In this document: one piece after another, positions 34,708 through 49,800 of the stretch | Layout of the letters: each line of letters starts with the position of its first letter | Numbering within the stretch: position 1 is the first letter of the stretch | Source: Lingula anatina | Taxonomy: Eukaryota; Animalia; Brachiopoda | Reading direction: 5' to 3' | Length of the DNA: 64,000 nucleotides | Assembly (NCBI GenBank): GCA_051362555.1 | Contig: CM120641.1 | Location: 16,554,001 to 16,618,000, forward strand | Notes under the pieces: generated by a model | What the model saw: the letters and a program-made list of their open reading frames with translations, nothing else | What the model was told of the DNA's origin: nothing | Database searches by the model: none | Position numbers and translations under genes: made by a program

Positions 34708-37700
34708 TTAAAGGTTCACTCTAATTACTTTAGTCGTTTGTAAGATGGACATTGTTATGTAGAAGAACCACAAGAAAATCAAAAAGATTCCACTGGCCAT
34801 TTTAGGGCCAGCAGGCCCGCCAAGTTCTCCATTACTGAAAAACTTCAAGAACCTCCTGATAAGAATTAGTCCAATACAGAGTGTGGCGCAAATTGTGTAG
34901 ATGATGACACTGAAGACAAGGTTCCCAGCTTGTACTTGAAATGACCCATTCTGAAATATAAAATACATCAATCATGCTGACTCTTATATTAAAGGTCCCT
35001 ATAGTTAATTTAAAGCAAAACAAAAAATCTTTTGCAGTTAAGAAATGAACAAATGTGTCAGACAACGATGACAATGACAGGGACAGTTGCAGGTAACAAG
35101 AATATACACAGACAATACAATTTATATTTCTATAAACAAATTGAAAACCATAAAATAGGATCTTACATTGGCTGTATGGTAGATTGCAGCAATTAACCAA
35201 GGAAGTCCCAATCCAAGGAAAACATTAACTGAGTTACTCCCAGTAACATTTCCTATAGCATTGTCTGCATGCTTTTCTTGGGCTGCTGCTTGTTTGCTGG
35301 CAAACAGATCTGGGAGACTAGTTCCCAAGGCAACGAAGGTGATGGCAACAATTTCTTCTGGCATGCTGCACAGACAACCAAAAATACTTGCCAAATCACT
35401 GACAATGATCGTGACAATTCCAATCATGGCTAAAGCCATGAAGAAGGCTAGGAATCCACCAGCTATACTCACTGGGGCTACTATTGCAAAGATAATCTGA
35501 AAGTAAAACATGAAATTCAGTATCAAAATTTGTACATGAATTATGACCAATAAGAACAGCTCTAGATACCCTTTTAACTGGCACCTTAACAACAAGATTT
35601 GAAATTTTATATCACCAATTTCAGCGCCATTGAAACCCCAAACATCACCCAATTTAAAAAAAAAATAATAAAAGATCAAAGATCAATCAAAGATACGCAC
35701 CTTAAACCCAAAAGACAAGAAATGCATTAAATAATCAAAAGATGTTGCATTTTCGATATCTCCTCCGTTGACATTCATGGCATTCTGGAATTGTTCTGCC
35801 CAGGTCTCTGTCTCTACACGCAGGGAATCAATGTTCAGGTTGGTCAGCTCTACCACTCTGCTCACCATACCATTGAATTCTGAAGGAAAGAAGTAGAGTG
35901 AGACGTTAAAGGTAAATAATTGGGATATTTTTCCAAAAATATTGAGCTAAATGAATATCAGATGCTTTCAACTTACCATCGTCGTTGACAAGAGTGATAA
36001 TGGTTTTCTTGATCCTTCCTAGCTGTGCTCCTCCAGTAGGGTCAAATAATTCCACCTTAAAGCTTTCATCTTTTTCCATTTCCTAAAAAATAAGGGGCGA
36101 TTTAAAAGCATACTCCTTTTGTTTTACGAAGGGTGTCATCTTTGTATTATGGCTGCAGTGTGTTTATTTGTTTTTTTATTCAAACCTATGGAATCATTTT
36201 GTAGATTCTCAGGGCATTAAGTTTTTGTTTTTCACATGATAGTTACTGTACCTAGGAAAATAGTAAATATTCAAAGAACAACCTATATTCAGTATCATGA
36301 AAGTCAGAATAAGGAATGTTCTTGAAACAAATTTAAACTTATAAGGTGAGAAGAAAAATTCTATCCCTGGTCAGTAATACAGTACAGGGGATGCAGTAAA
36401 TGTAATCATAAATCAGTAACAACTTTCACTGAGACCATGGAAACATAGCTAAGATCGCAATACCTGGTCATCATATACAGTAATTTCCAGCATCTTGGTC
36501 ACTTCCCCATGCTCAAATGTGAGAATTCCTTCACCTCCTTCGAAATCTTTCCCGCTCTTGGCATCCATGTCTTCTGTCCTCCAGGTGATGTTGACCTTTC
36601 CGTCTGCTCCATGAATTCGCTGGACAGGGATCATAGCCTTCCCAGCACTCTCCTTGAACAGGAAGCTGGGTTTTGCAAACTGAATGGTACCAGGCTCTGA
36701 AATAAATTTATCAGAAGGCAATTTAATAGAATAAGCAAAGTTATTATAATTGTAGAAATAATTGTAAGGAAAATATATCCAGCTGAGATATTTTTTAATG
36801 GCTACATATAAAACTGAGCAATATTTGGCTCTTAAAGCATATTTTAATTTAAAATTTATTTTTTAATTTTTCTTTTTTCTTTTAACTTTGTGGATAATTG
36901 AAGAGCTGATGGCTTCATTAATATTGGCATAGTTCAAACCCTTTTTCTTTGCTCTAATATGACACTACCTTGGATAACACTATCACTTGTAAATCACATG
37001 TAAATAAGTGAAATACAGATCAGGCTATCAAGCTGTAATTCACAATAGAGGTGTGATAAGCAGTGCAGAAAGATCCCTTTTCTTCTGAATGTGAACAATG
37101 TACAGTTGGCAAAAACAATGTTGCTACATAGATTTTGATCATATGCCAAGCTAAGGGAATTTGGGAAGGTTTGAATACATTCATCATGTCCAATGTGTAA
37201 AGGATATCAAAAACAACAATCAATTTTCCCCAGAACCTTTGAAACAGAGATGAGCTTAGGAAAATTGGGACGACTGAAGTACACTTATGTATGTGTAAAT
37301 GATATCAAAGATGAGGATTAATTTTTCAAACAGCTTTTGATGGATTGCCATGTTTACCAAATTTGGGAAGATTAAAGCACACATATTCATATGTGCGAAG
37401 AACAACTAGCACAGATAACTAACAATTGCCAAATAGATTTGGATGAATTACCAAGCTAAGTATATCATCCTATATGTCTGTTGGTTTGGAGAAAAACACT
37501 TATAAACTGACAATTGATTACTTTAACACCCATTATCGATAGTTTTAATCTTCCAGGAATAAAGCCCTGTGCAACAGTATAGCAAATCAGGGGCGGATTT
37601 AGGGCGTCTTCTGGGTCTTCCGGAAGACGGTCAGATTTTCAAGTTTACATTGGTGGGTATCTAATTTTTTCTGTCGGAAGACGGTCAAAAATGAAGAACG

Positions 37701-40700
37701 GATCAACAAAGATAATTTGGAAGACTGTCAGGAAATAACTCTGCATCCGTCCCTGCAAATGATGTCATTTTTTTTGTCTCAGAATTTTCTCTTTTGATTC
37801 ATAAAACCCTAGGAGTGCAACTATTTTCAAATTAGTATTATGCAACTATGGAAAAGGAATGCAAGACAGTATTTCATATTTAAACTCAAAAGATAGAGCA
37901 ACTTGCAAATATGTCATCAAAATGCAAAATCATGCTTGACTTCACAGGTTGTCTGCTTCCTGCATACTCATCCATTTGCAATATCACTTGACTGTCACTC
38001 CATAACTGACCTCTTAATTCATTTAATTTTCAACAAGAGAACCTTTTCCTCATTCAGTACTCCCTAGAATTACTTCTGTTAATTGTTTGAATAAATTAAG
38101 CTGACAATGCATATATTTCTCACTATATGTGAGACTGTGTTCAGATCAATTTAAAGGTACCTGATCACATGCAATAAAACATGTCTCTTCCCGTGTCCAG
38201 ATAACCCATCTGGAATACTATTCAAGGTTCAATAAGCATGCAATTGCGTGTGTTCCTTAAACTGTATCCAGCAAAACTGCATGGATATCCTATAGGGCAT
38301 GTTATTTTAACCATGCCTGGCAAAACACAAGTGGGATATTTTCCACGAATAATTCAGAATACTTTGAAGAAACATAAAACAGAAGCGTACCTATAGCAAC
38401 ACCAGGAGATACAGCTATGTATTCATCCTATGATGCTGAGAATTTTTTCAAACATACTCAAACAGTCAGTGTCATCAATGCATTCATCAAATTCTATCAA
38501 TTATATACATTTTTTTTCAAAATCCTAATTCATTAACTCACCATCATCATTAATAATAGTCACTTGGTTAATGGATTTTTTCCCAATGACTGCATTTTGG
38601 TCTGCGTCAAGAGAAAGTCTCACAAAGAAAGTTTCATCTGGTTCCCACTCATTATCATCAATGATTTCTATGTCAATGTATTTGGACGTCTCATTGGGTT
38701 CAAATACCATGGAAGTTTTGACGGGGATGTAATCTTTAGTAGCCTCTGCTGTGCCATCAATGGTTTCAACCCTGAAAAAGTGTAGAAAAAAAAGCTAAAA
38801 AAAAAAAAAAAAACATCAACTGATATACAAACTTACATGGCTACTAAAAGCAAAATAAAGAAAAATGCTTTACTCATAAGAAATTGCAAGGAAAACTAAT
38901 GATTTCTGATGAAAAATTAGAGGGAAATTGAGATAGTCTAGGCTTGAATTTCAATTTATATAAAGGCACATTAGAAAACCTTCTTTTCAGCACCCCCAAG
39001 TGCACTACCGTCATGAATGACAAACAGTTGATCAACAGGCACCCATTTCCTTAGACTTCCTTAGGTAAAAATTAGAGGCTAGAGAGCAGACAAGTCCCTG
39101 CCATTTAACAAGATTGTCTGCGAGAATATGAAACTCCAGGTAAAATTAGGAAAAAACCGGCAGAAAATTGTATTTTCTTAGAACTACAGAGTATTTAAAT
39201 GCCAGAAGAATTGATCATGTATATGTTTGCACCTGATGGCAACCCTCTGGCAAGAATCTCACAGATGATAATTTGGCTATATATTATTCAGTGTACAAAG
39301 AAGGATTTACAGTTTTTTTTTTTATCTTATGACATCTCTTTAAATATTTATAAAATCAATAACTTAAAACAATACTTTGTCCTATGTACATGAAAACTAT
39401 TTTTGCATTGACATCACAGGATTAAGCTCCTGAATATAAAATACTCATTAAACCATTCCATTCATTTCAGTCACAAAATAATTATTAATGAAAATATTTA
39501 GAAATCATAACACTTGTCAATTTTATCTATACTCTGACTTCATGAATGAGAATAGGCATTACTTCTCATTGTATTATTGGTATATATATATATATGCAAT
39601 GGAGAACGTTAATTAGTTTGTAAGATCAATACCTGGGGAAGGGCATCAACTGACAGCCCTAATGTTGTTGGTTACCAGACAATTCAGAATGCCGAGATGG
39701 TTAATCAATTATTCACAAGACTGCCAACGAACCCAGCCACTCATTGGAAAGAAATTACTATGGTTATGATACTTCCAAATTTAATTCTTAATCACCACAG
39801 TTTCTGGCATACAATTCCACACTCTTCTTACCACCACTTGCCACTTCTGATGAATTTTTAACATTGTGTTATTTTTCTTCTGAATTACATAGGTGAACTG
39901 CAGTATAGAAGACAATACAGGAATCTACGGGTTCCTCAAGCACCTATGAACACATGTTATTAGCATTCCATTTTCTATCATAGCATTTCCTGACTATTAA
40001 ATGACAAAAAAGAAGTAAGCCCCCAGGGAGAGTAATTATTTTTTCAACATTTTTCATTTGAGAATACTTTGTAAGGGAAAAAAACTATTTCTTGCAGGCA
40101 TAGCACCAGAGATGGGAATTATTTGTTTTTGTTTACTGACATGAAACGTATAATCTCTTTGCACCTGAGACAATCATTTGACTGAATAAGCTACACTTCT
40201 ATCTCATTAGGGAATGAAGGCAATGGCCAGGAAAATAATCCTCATAGGGTCAAAAGCATCTCTCTATCTCTCTCAGCTGTGGTTGCACTATTTCATCCCT
40301 TTCTACAAAGAATTATTTTTTTGTGTTTAACTAGTTAGAGTTGCACTGACATGAATGCCAGAGAAATAGCTGATCATTTGGCTGGCGTATCTTTTAGTTG
40401 ACATGGCAAATAATACACAGAGGATAAGAAGCATACCTCTTATCTGTTCACATGTTTTATCTTATTCCTATCTAAAATGAAAAAAAAAATCCACATATCT
40501 CATTTTAATTATACACCCTATATAAGTGCCTTAGCTATTTGAACAAAACTAATTTTCACAAAAATCATTATAGCATTATATCATTATAGCAACTATGCTC
40601 AGCAGTGTCTCATAACTAATTACTGTAAATAAACACATGTACAGTCATATATTTCATGATAAGCACTGTTTACCTCATCCAATCTACTTTCCAAAATTAT

Positions 40701-41640
40701 AACATGGGCAGATTTAAATCACTGGGTGACTGGGCAGGAGTGCAGATAACAACTCAAGATCTTTTTCCATGGGAATCATCCAAGATAGCCCAAAAATCAA
40801 GTGGTATTCAGAACAGAATGAGGTCAGAAATAATGGCAGTCTATAAATTAGAATATATATTTTTCTAGTTTTTTTTTTTCTTTAGTTCTGCAGAATTACA
40901 TTTTAAGCAAGACAGTACATATTTGCCATGCTTTGCGTGTGACTTTTGAATAGCTCTCTGAGGCTGTATTCCCAGAGCTTTTAGATCGATCTATCCCCGC
41001 GGGGAGTCTCACTACATTACTGTCAAATAATCCGGCTTAAATGTCCGTCCCGCCTACTACAAGCTGTAAGGGGGTAATTAACTTTCGTGTCCTCTCGGCT
41101 GACAGCTATTTAGCGTGAATGCCCAGGGAGTTAGGTCGATCTAAAGTAGATCGATCTAATCTCTGGAAATGGGGTCTGAGATGACATTCTAGTGCATGGA
41201 GCTTCAGCCTTATTGCTAAAAGGTTAGCTCTACCTTATGCAGATTTGGGTATCTTTCCTAGTCTTTTTGATGCCACGCAGCGCAGATAGCCTAGATTTAG
41301 ATTATCTTGGATAATTCTAATTACAGTGTGCCAGTACCCATGTGCTAATTCCATTAGTGACTTGTTTTAAAAACAACCAACAAGAGATACTAGCTGAGAC
41401 AACAACTGATCTATACAGTTAAAATTCTCTGCATGTGTCCGTGTGGGATAATACATACCACATGACCAGTACTGGCACATGCTTGGCAACAACCACACTC
41501 AGGTAAATGTTTGGAAAGCACCTGTTTAAACTTGGACCAGTATACTCCAGAAAAAAATCCAACACATGGCTTAACAGCTGAATAAGTTGAATTATTAGTA
41601 AGACACTACTACTTGTCATAAATCCAAATTTACAAACAAA

Positions 41641-41683
<43 letters not shown>

Positions 41684-44600
41684 ATCCTCCTTTTATGTAA
41701 TGCAAAAGATAATGCAATTAAATTTTCAAGGATATAAGGTTGTATTCCCTAACAAATAATGCTCATTCTCCCTAGACGTATAAATGCTTGCCTTATGCAC
41801 ATATGGTCCCTAAATGAAGAAAAAAATTCTGCATAAAATATTGGTGCCACGGGATATTTTTTCAGACAAATGAATTCTGCAAAAAAATACACAGATACAC
41901 ATTAAAAGATATGAATATTCCATCTGTGAGTGCTTACTAGAAACATATCCCATTACCTGATTAATAGTAACTTCCACCATGATGATCCATTGATAACAAA
42001 ATCTATCAACACCAAATTGTGATCCCTAATTTCCTTTTTCAATAAACTACTGCAAAAAGATAATGTCTTGGAGTAATTTTCTCTAGAGAACTAATTGATC
42101 TTTATTCTACAACTGTCTTTGAAGTTTTCACCAAATACTTGAATGAATTTCACTAATATCAATGCATTCATTTTTTTTTATGTTGGGTCCCATTGTTATC
42201 CAGCATTGCTTAAAATTAAACACACATCTACAGAGTGTCTATACAACAAAGCCCAAAATGGATTTGATTATACTCTGCTAGATCCGTTTCCCTCTCAAAC
42301 ACGCAAGAGAAGATGTGATCAATGCTAGAGAAAAAACTCCACAAATAGCAACTGCATCCTATTAAACAAGACTGATAAATTGCATTCTGATGAATTTTGG
42401 GGATCAAATTTATAGCCAAATGCAGCAGCCAAAAGAACTACTGCACAGACATGCACATCAACTGTTCTAAGTGCGTTACAAAAGTACAAAAATACTATTT
42501 GCAACATTCATTTAAGTATCAAATTGCAATAAACAGACATACTAGTATGACTATCTATGACTGGTTATCTCATGCATCCCAGACCAAGATTACCAGAGAT
42601 GAGAGAACAGTAAAACATTTTTCAGGATAAAGCATACTATCCCATCACTTTGTAGCCATAGTAATAATCAATAATATACATTAGAATGGTAAAAATAACC
42701 ATCAAAAAGTGTGGGTGGATTCAAAAGCCCAATTCAGGAATCATCTTTTCTGAAGAAGCAGACATGTAGCCCACATTTACGTTTAGCTGACATGAAAGGA
42801 CTGGATCAATAAATGTTCCTGTTTCTAAAATGATTGCTATCTCAATTCCACAATATTGTAATAGTACATGTAGTGGTTGTTGTTTTTTTTTTTTTTTTTT
42901 TTTTTGCATACTAGCAAGCATTTTAGACATCATTTTCACCTTATGCTTATCCCTGGTCTATACCAGTGACAGATCTAGTATTTAGCAAAGGAGGAGAGAA
43001 GGGGCACATGGATTAATTTTTTTTACCTCGTTTCGTTTTGTATTTTTGTATGACATAAAAAATGGAGTATAGAAATAAGATGGGAAAGAGTCTTCTCTTG
43101 CAATTAGTAAAAATACCGTCATAAAATTATCAAGGCATTAAATCTACATGAAGCACAATTTATATGAGAACTCACTCGGGTTCAGTAATATCTAATGTAG
43201 CAAAAATAGTATATATTGAATGAAATATCAGGAATGGGGACTAAACAAGTTATTCCACTGTAATAATCTCAATACATGTGGCTAATTGAGCAAAGACTCA
43301 TAGACTTTCTCTTAAGCTGGATCAATCAAATAGTTCACTCAGTGGATACATGAGATATTTTCATCAAAGGGCATAACTGCATATCAACTGGAATTTTTTC
43401 TACATTTGATTTTTACTCTCTGCGTGCATGTGTGTACGCATGTGCAGATCTGCGAAAATGAATAATTAAGTACTTAAAAGTTAAGCATAAAAATCTTGAA
43501 AACATCACAGTGAAGAGACAAAGAGCTGTAAACATAAAATATACTTAGGAAAGGGGCGAGACAATACTAAGTATGGCAATAAAAACAGGCCATAAACCCT
43601 CATGGCTCCCTCCCATGACAATGGACAAGTGCACAGTCAAATCAATGTTAATTTTTAATCCACACTTGTGTGATCTACCATATCCACGCAATAATTAGAG
43701 AGGTGCAGGTCAAATTTAAAATAAAGGAAAATAAGACAGTTTCTGCAACATTAAATATAATTTTATGTTCATGTCCTTACATGGTTTGAATGGCCATGAT
43801 AATAATGGAATGATAGTACACTAGCTAAGGCACATTCTACTCAAGATTTAAGTAAAAAATTTCCTCAAATCATATCTAGTATGCACTTTTTAGAGAAAAT
43901 TGAGTTGTACTGAATATAAATTTCATAATATATACTGGCGCATATGGAGTAAATGTTTTGAAAACAATGCAGCACAGTTAGACTGTTAATGGAAATGAAC
44001 GTGCATTTTGGGCTCAAGAAACTAATCATAATTTCTATTATAAAAGGAAATGGAAGGCTAAGTAATCCCATTTGAACAACCCTGACCCGATCGCAGACTG
44101 GAACCATCAAGGCACATCTCTGCAGAGATGGATTTTTTTTTTTTTGCACTAAGTAGAAGTCTACCGATTGGTCGATCTATCACTTGAAACAATGAGAGTT
44201 CCTGCCTTGTCAGAAGTTTCTAAGTAGTTCTATGACAAAGTATGACAAACAAGTGGCATTGTTCACCTCAACATGAGTACATCCCATGTGGGCCTGATAT
44301 TGTTTCTATGTTGTCAAGTAGAATCCATGAACAGTTTCAGAGATAAAAAAATTCTTTCAGGGATAAGGCTCTAATCTTTTGGATCAAAATGAAGCAAGAT
44401 TTTCCATTTTCATTATTTGGTCTGTTATAAGTATGTTTTGTTCAAAACATTTAAACTTCAAAAAACCATTAAACAAGGAAGCTTAAAATTATATCAACAT
44501 ATGCATGGTTTACTTACAATGAAAGATAAGAATAAAAAAATGACCTGCAAAAAAAAAACGGCTGCATTTGGTGCTTGAATGAATAAGTTGAAACTGTACA

Positions 44601-46831
44601 TTAAGGGAGAAGAATTGAGGGTGTGATCAAAATCTGTCTAGTTAAGTGGAGTATTTTGCACCAACACTGGCCCTCTATGCCATGTTTTTATAATCTTGAA
44701 CAGAATTTTCTTAAACATAACCACAGTGAATGACAAAGAATAATAGACAATTGGTTGCCAAAATATTTGTAAAAGAAACAATGTCATTACAACTACAAAT
44801 ATCACGTAATACAGCCACAGAATACTTTCCTTTTCAATATGCAATCTATCTCTTATATTTGCTGCATTTCACTACAGGCCTATTCATCAAAATAATTGAG
44901 TATCTGTCAGCATGGAATAGGCACTCCCTGAACCCTTGTATCAAATACCACATTAATTTGCATCAGAAATTGATGAAAACCATTAATTTCTCAGGCACGG
45001 AATAATCAACCATTCTTCTGATGTTAACTGTTGCATTGTTTAGACCATACATCAACTGTATGTCCCTAATAAACATGCATGTGATGAAGAACTCAAACAC
45101 AAAATGTGCATGTTGTCAATGTAATTCAGTTCCAAAGTAATGACCCTAAATAAATGCTATGTATGGCTTTTTTTGTATCTTCCAGACTCAATGTCCCGTC
45201 TCATGGACGCACACATATCAAAACAACCAATGGGGAAACATTATGAAAGAGCAGCAGAATTAGTCTGCTGGAAGTAAATTAGTAAAGCAGCTTAATGGTT
45301 TCATTCTCTGGTGGTGGGAATCAATGTGACGGCTGCTATTATCATTATTCCAGTAACAGGTCTCTGGTAATGGTGTGTACTGGGACCACTGAGAGTGATT
45401 ATATAACTGATTTCAGCTGAAAATTAGAAAGTGCACCCAGAAATCAATATATTCACAGGCTGATCCATGTCTCCTTTTTTCCAAAGAGAAGATTCAGCTC
45501 TCATTTCTTATAAAAAAAGGGGGGGGGGGGGGGGGGGGGGGGGCATTAACCACATACTTACAATGGATAATAACAGACAGTCAAGAACCAAATGAAAATA
45601 TGTAAAATGTCATTGGTTTATACATACTAAAAAGAATAATGCAAATATAAGATGAAATATCCAAAACAACTCTCCCACTTAAAATAGGAGTGAGTCTTAA
45701 TTCCATTAATGCTTAAGTGCACCTCTAAAAGCAAAGAGGACAAATTATTGATGAAAGATACATCATTAAAATTACTTTTGATTTGATGATGCTTTAAAAA
45801 CTTCTTTATGCTTGACTTCACATTTTCCGTTCATATTTTTATGTCATCACTGGCCATTTAAATATTCCCAAGTCCCAAGTATTGATGAAATTAAATGAAA
45901 CAACTAAGAAAAGTTCAAATGTTTTACACATAGCACATTTAACCTATGATGCAAACTCTTAAGTCACAAGACTTGATATGTTTTCCCACAAAATGTTTGC
46001 TCCTTTGAACTATTAATCCCAGGCACCACAATAAGTGGCAAAAGAAAAGCACAATAATCACCTGAAGATCACTTTTGAGTCCAATTTCCCACTTCGTCTG
46101 ATGCCAATCCTCACACGCTTTTCGTTCTCCAGTACAGCACACGAGGTGGCGGTGAATTCAATGACGGCCCTAGTACCCTTCTCACTGAGGTCAGTCAGGC
46201 TCCCCTGGGATGCCAGTCGATCTTTTTCTGGCTCATGGTGCTTGGCTGCCTCATAGATCTATTTAATACATGCTTTTATTAGTTATGCACTGTAAGTGTA
46301 ACAATACTTTGTAATATTCTGCAAACTGCATCTTACAATACAATGATGTTCAAATTATTACTAATTTTCAAACTTTAACAAGAAAAATATGCATGATTTT
46401 AGGTGTTCAAACTGCTCCCAAAGTCTGCTATATATATATTTAACATCTGCAATACAATGAATCATCATGTTTTTTAAGGTTTAGTCCAGATACATGCAGA
46501 TAAAAAATAGTTTGTGTGCAAAGTTTAAGTGTATTGTACCGGATTCATATATTGTTTTTGTATATGTACCACTAAGTTATGTTTATTCTCACAGTTGTTC
46601 ATATCTTAAGCATTAACCAACAGAATGTTAACTGAAATTTTCTTATCATGTGCCTGCATGATAAGAAAACTTCAGATATTGATTTGTTACTGATTCACAA
46701 AAAGTGTGAAGTTATTTGAATTTTCTTATCATGTGCCTGCATTTAGGAAGCTTGTTTTTTTTTTTTTTATTCCCATGATTAGTTATATTATATGCATGTA
46801 AAATAAACACCCATATCAAATTGTCAAACAA

Positions 46832-46874
<43 letters not shown>

Positions 46875-49800
46875 ATAGCACTCATGAACATACATCCTGC
46901 AGATCTTTCTTCATAGTGGGCACCAACTTGTTTCCTCCGGTCAATCCACGGGTGGCGTTTATACGATACCAAGCTCGATTATGAGGCACATTTTCTTGAT
47001 ATTTTAGAGCTGCCAACTTCGCCATTTCCTCCTCAGACAAGTCGGGGTGCTTACCAATTTCCTGAAAGAAGAGTATATAAAAAGAAATATTGATAGAAAG
47101 CAAATGTTGGTTTGGCATGTAGAGGGCAATGGCACAGTTTTAGTTAACCACAACTTATTTTTCTGTTTAGCCACATATTATCATTGTATTATTCACATTC
47201 TAACTTATTGCCAAGCCATGACACCAATCTTGTAAGTAAGCAATCTTTTAAAGGTCAATAGTATGCTTTGCCATTGTGGTACTGTATGACATCCAATGCA
47301 TGAAAAGAGCATTTTATATAATATATATTATTATATATAATATATATTATATAATATATAATAATATATATTATATAATAATACAGAAAAATAGGGTGCA
47401 TACCATACAACACAAAATATAATACAATATAATACAAACGTTCCTATATGGATTCTTATTACAGCATAACACATTAAAATTTTTTGTGCCAAATAAAAAA
47501 AGAAAGTTATTTGTAGCCAGGAGTTTTTTACCTTCAGAAATTCTGCCAGGGCTTCCTTATCCACATCTCCATCCTCCAAAGAATGGTGTTCTTTCTCATC
47601 TGTAAAAAATACAAGGTTCTCGTTTAACCTTTGGCAATGAAAATAATCACATTAAAAGCAACGTTGACGTACTGATACTATTTAGGTTAGGTAATGCAAT
47701 ATATTTTTTCAACAAATCCATTATCAGTATTCACTTTAAACACAAGTTAAAGAACACACAAAGGAGTTAAGGAAAACTGAACAAAACCGGTGAAAGTTTT
47801 GTTGAACATTCTCACTGGACAGTAAGTGACAAATTAATGTGTAAATTGTAAGAATATAAGCAACAAAATGCACATGTGGAGGACCTCTTTAGATGAAAGT
47901 ACATAGGGAAATGTATGCACCTGTGATTCTGTATTCTGTATAGAACTATATGTTTTAACATAAAAGTACACATGTTCAGGGGTATTGGCATTTGCAAATT
48001 ATCTTTTGGGGTTTTAAGCTTTGTGCTGAAGCACTAAAATTTGTACTTATTTGCTTGTGTGCTAATACTAATTATTTGATTGTCTTACATAAAATGAAAG
48101 AGAAAATTGTGGATTTTGACATCTTATTAACCAGCAGACCAATCACCAAATACAAATTCACAGAGACAAGCAGTGTCCACTGAATAGCTTTTCAAGCCCA
48201 AAGAATATAGCTCTATAAGAGAAATACAAACACCAGGTGGACCAAGACAACAGATAAATGTATTCAGACGTAGGCGTAGACAGAGGAAACATACATACTA
48301 GTACCTACAGAGATCGTAAAAAACACACTTTATCAGATTTTCTCATGGAGGATAATCATCTAACCCAGTCACAGCAACTGACTAATGGGTAAAGCAAAAT
48401 CCAATTTCCCCACACCACAACATATCCACAAGATACGTATACTTTAAGAATCTATGGGATGACTTTGAAGTTAAACCAATGGCATTCCTTCTATACGTTA
48501 CAGCAAGAAGTACTATAGATCACCTTCCTAATGCTTGGGGACTGGGATGGGATTCTAGTCTGTCTACTGACCCTGTCCATCTTGTTAGACAATACTTTGG
48601 CACCCATGATAAACTACAGGTGCATTAGTGTCATTATTTTCAAACGGCTCAGGGATGCAGGCATACATGTAACTGTATAGTGATTCTTACCAATATGTCA
48701 TAGAAGGGACATGAAAGGAATTTAGAGGACCATCTGTCATCTTATCCACTCAACTGCCGAGACACTTTCACTGATTCATAAAAACGCATGACTGTATTCA
48801 ATATGTTGAGGGTGTATGCTTATCTAGACTTTAAATAACATCAATGCAATATCATGTTGATATGCATTTTGAGAAATAAGGCCTAAAAAAATGTCATTTA
48901 CAAAGCCATATAAGTTTTTAAAGTGTACTATATTCAGCTTACTGTCATATATTACTGGGTTGAAAACAGGGCGTATATCATACATCATGGCTGTATAGGT
49001 GTAATGACGGGGAATAGTCAGGAACATCTTTCATGCAAACTATCCATCAACTATTTATTGAGAGATCAAAATGGCCCTTTTCCGGTCTTAATAATTTAGA
49101 AGTACACACTGAGAGAGGAGACAACAGTGCATAGGTTCACTGGAGATATTCAAGTCTTCAAAATGAATGGTTGAAATTAATAAGAAATTCACAAACTAGA
49201 AAGGTTTTCCTTGAATAAAAAATATATAACAAGATGTTCATTCACTTGACAAAATTACGTGTGAATCTGTACATGCATGAGTGTGCATGCTGTGTTTGTG
49301 ATTTGCGTTACCAGGATGAAGTGCCTCAGGTTTAAAGACCAAAGTTATAAATACACTCTATAAAACTGAGCAGTTCTCAATTCTGATATTGGAATGAATA
49401 CAGTTTCCTGTTTTGATAAAAAATGATACATTGTACCAAAGTCCTCATGTCAACATATTTGTCTAAATGCAATTATTCTGACAGAAAATCTATTTCACAA
49501 TCAGGAAATTTTGACGTTTTACACCCAAGTCTCAAATCCCCCTGATAATTGTGCATGTACTTATGCAAAGTGGTAAGTAACATGTAAAAAGATCAATTAT
49601 TAACACCTCTTAAGTCAACAAAATCATAAAGTACGCCTAGTTACTGTAAATAAGAGATAGGAGGCAAATGATCGAAAAGCATTGTTTAACTTCATTATGC
49701 AGAGGTGTACATGAATAGGGCGTATACTGTTTGGTGTATTAGGTGTTCTGTGTTAATGCTGTTTTAGTTTGATATTGTAAATAGTGACTTAATGCCTTTC

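Noticed and set aside
45519-45543. Functional G-quadruplex at the poly(G) run
   Set aside because: A single homopolymer with unreliable length and no supporting context.
38800-46000. Nested gene in the large NCX introns (also 47600-54500)
   Set aside because: Only short ORFs with no motifs and no consistent exon chain were found. A small or non-coding gene cannot be excluded by eye.
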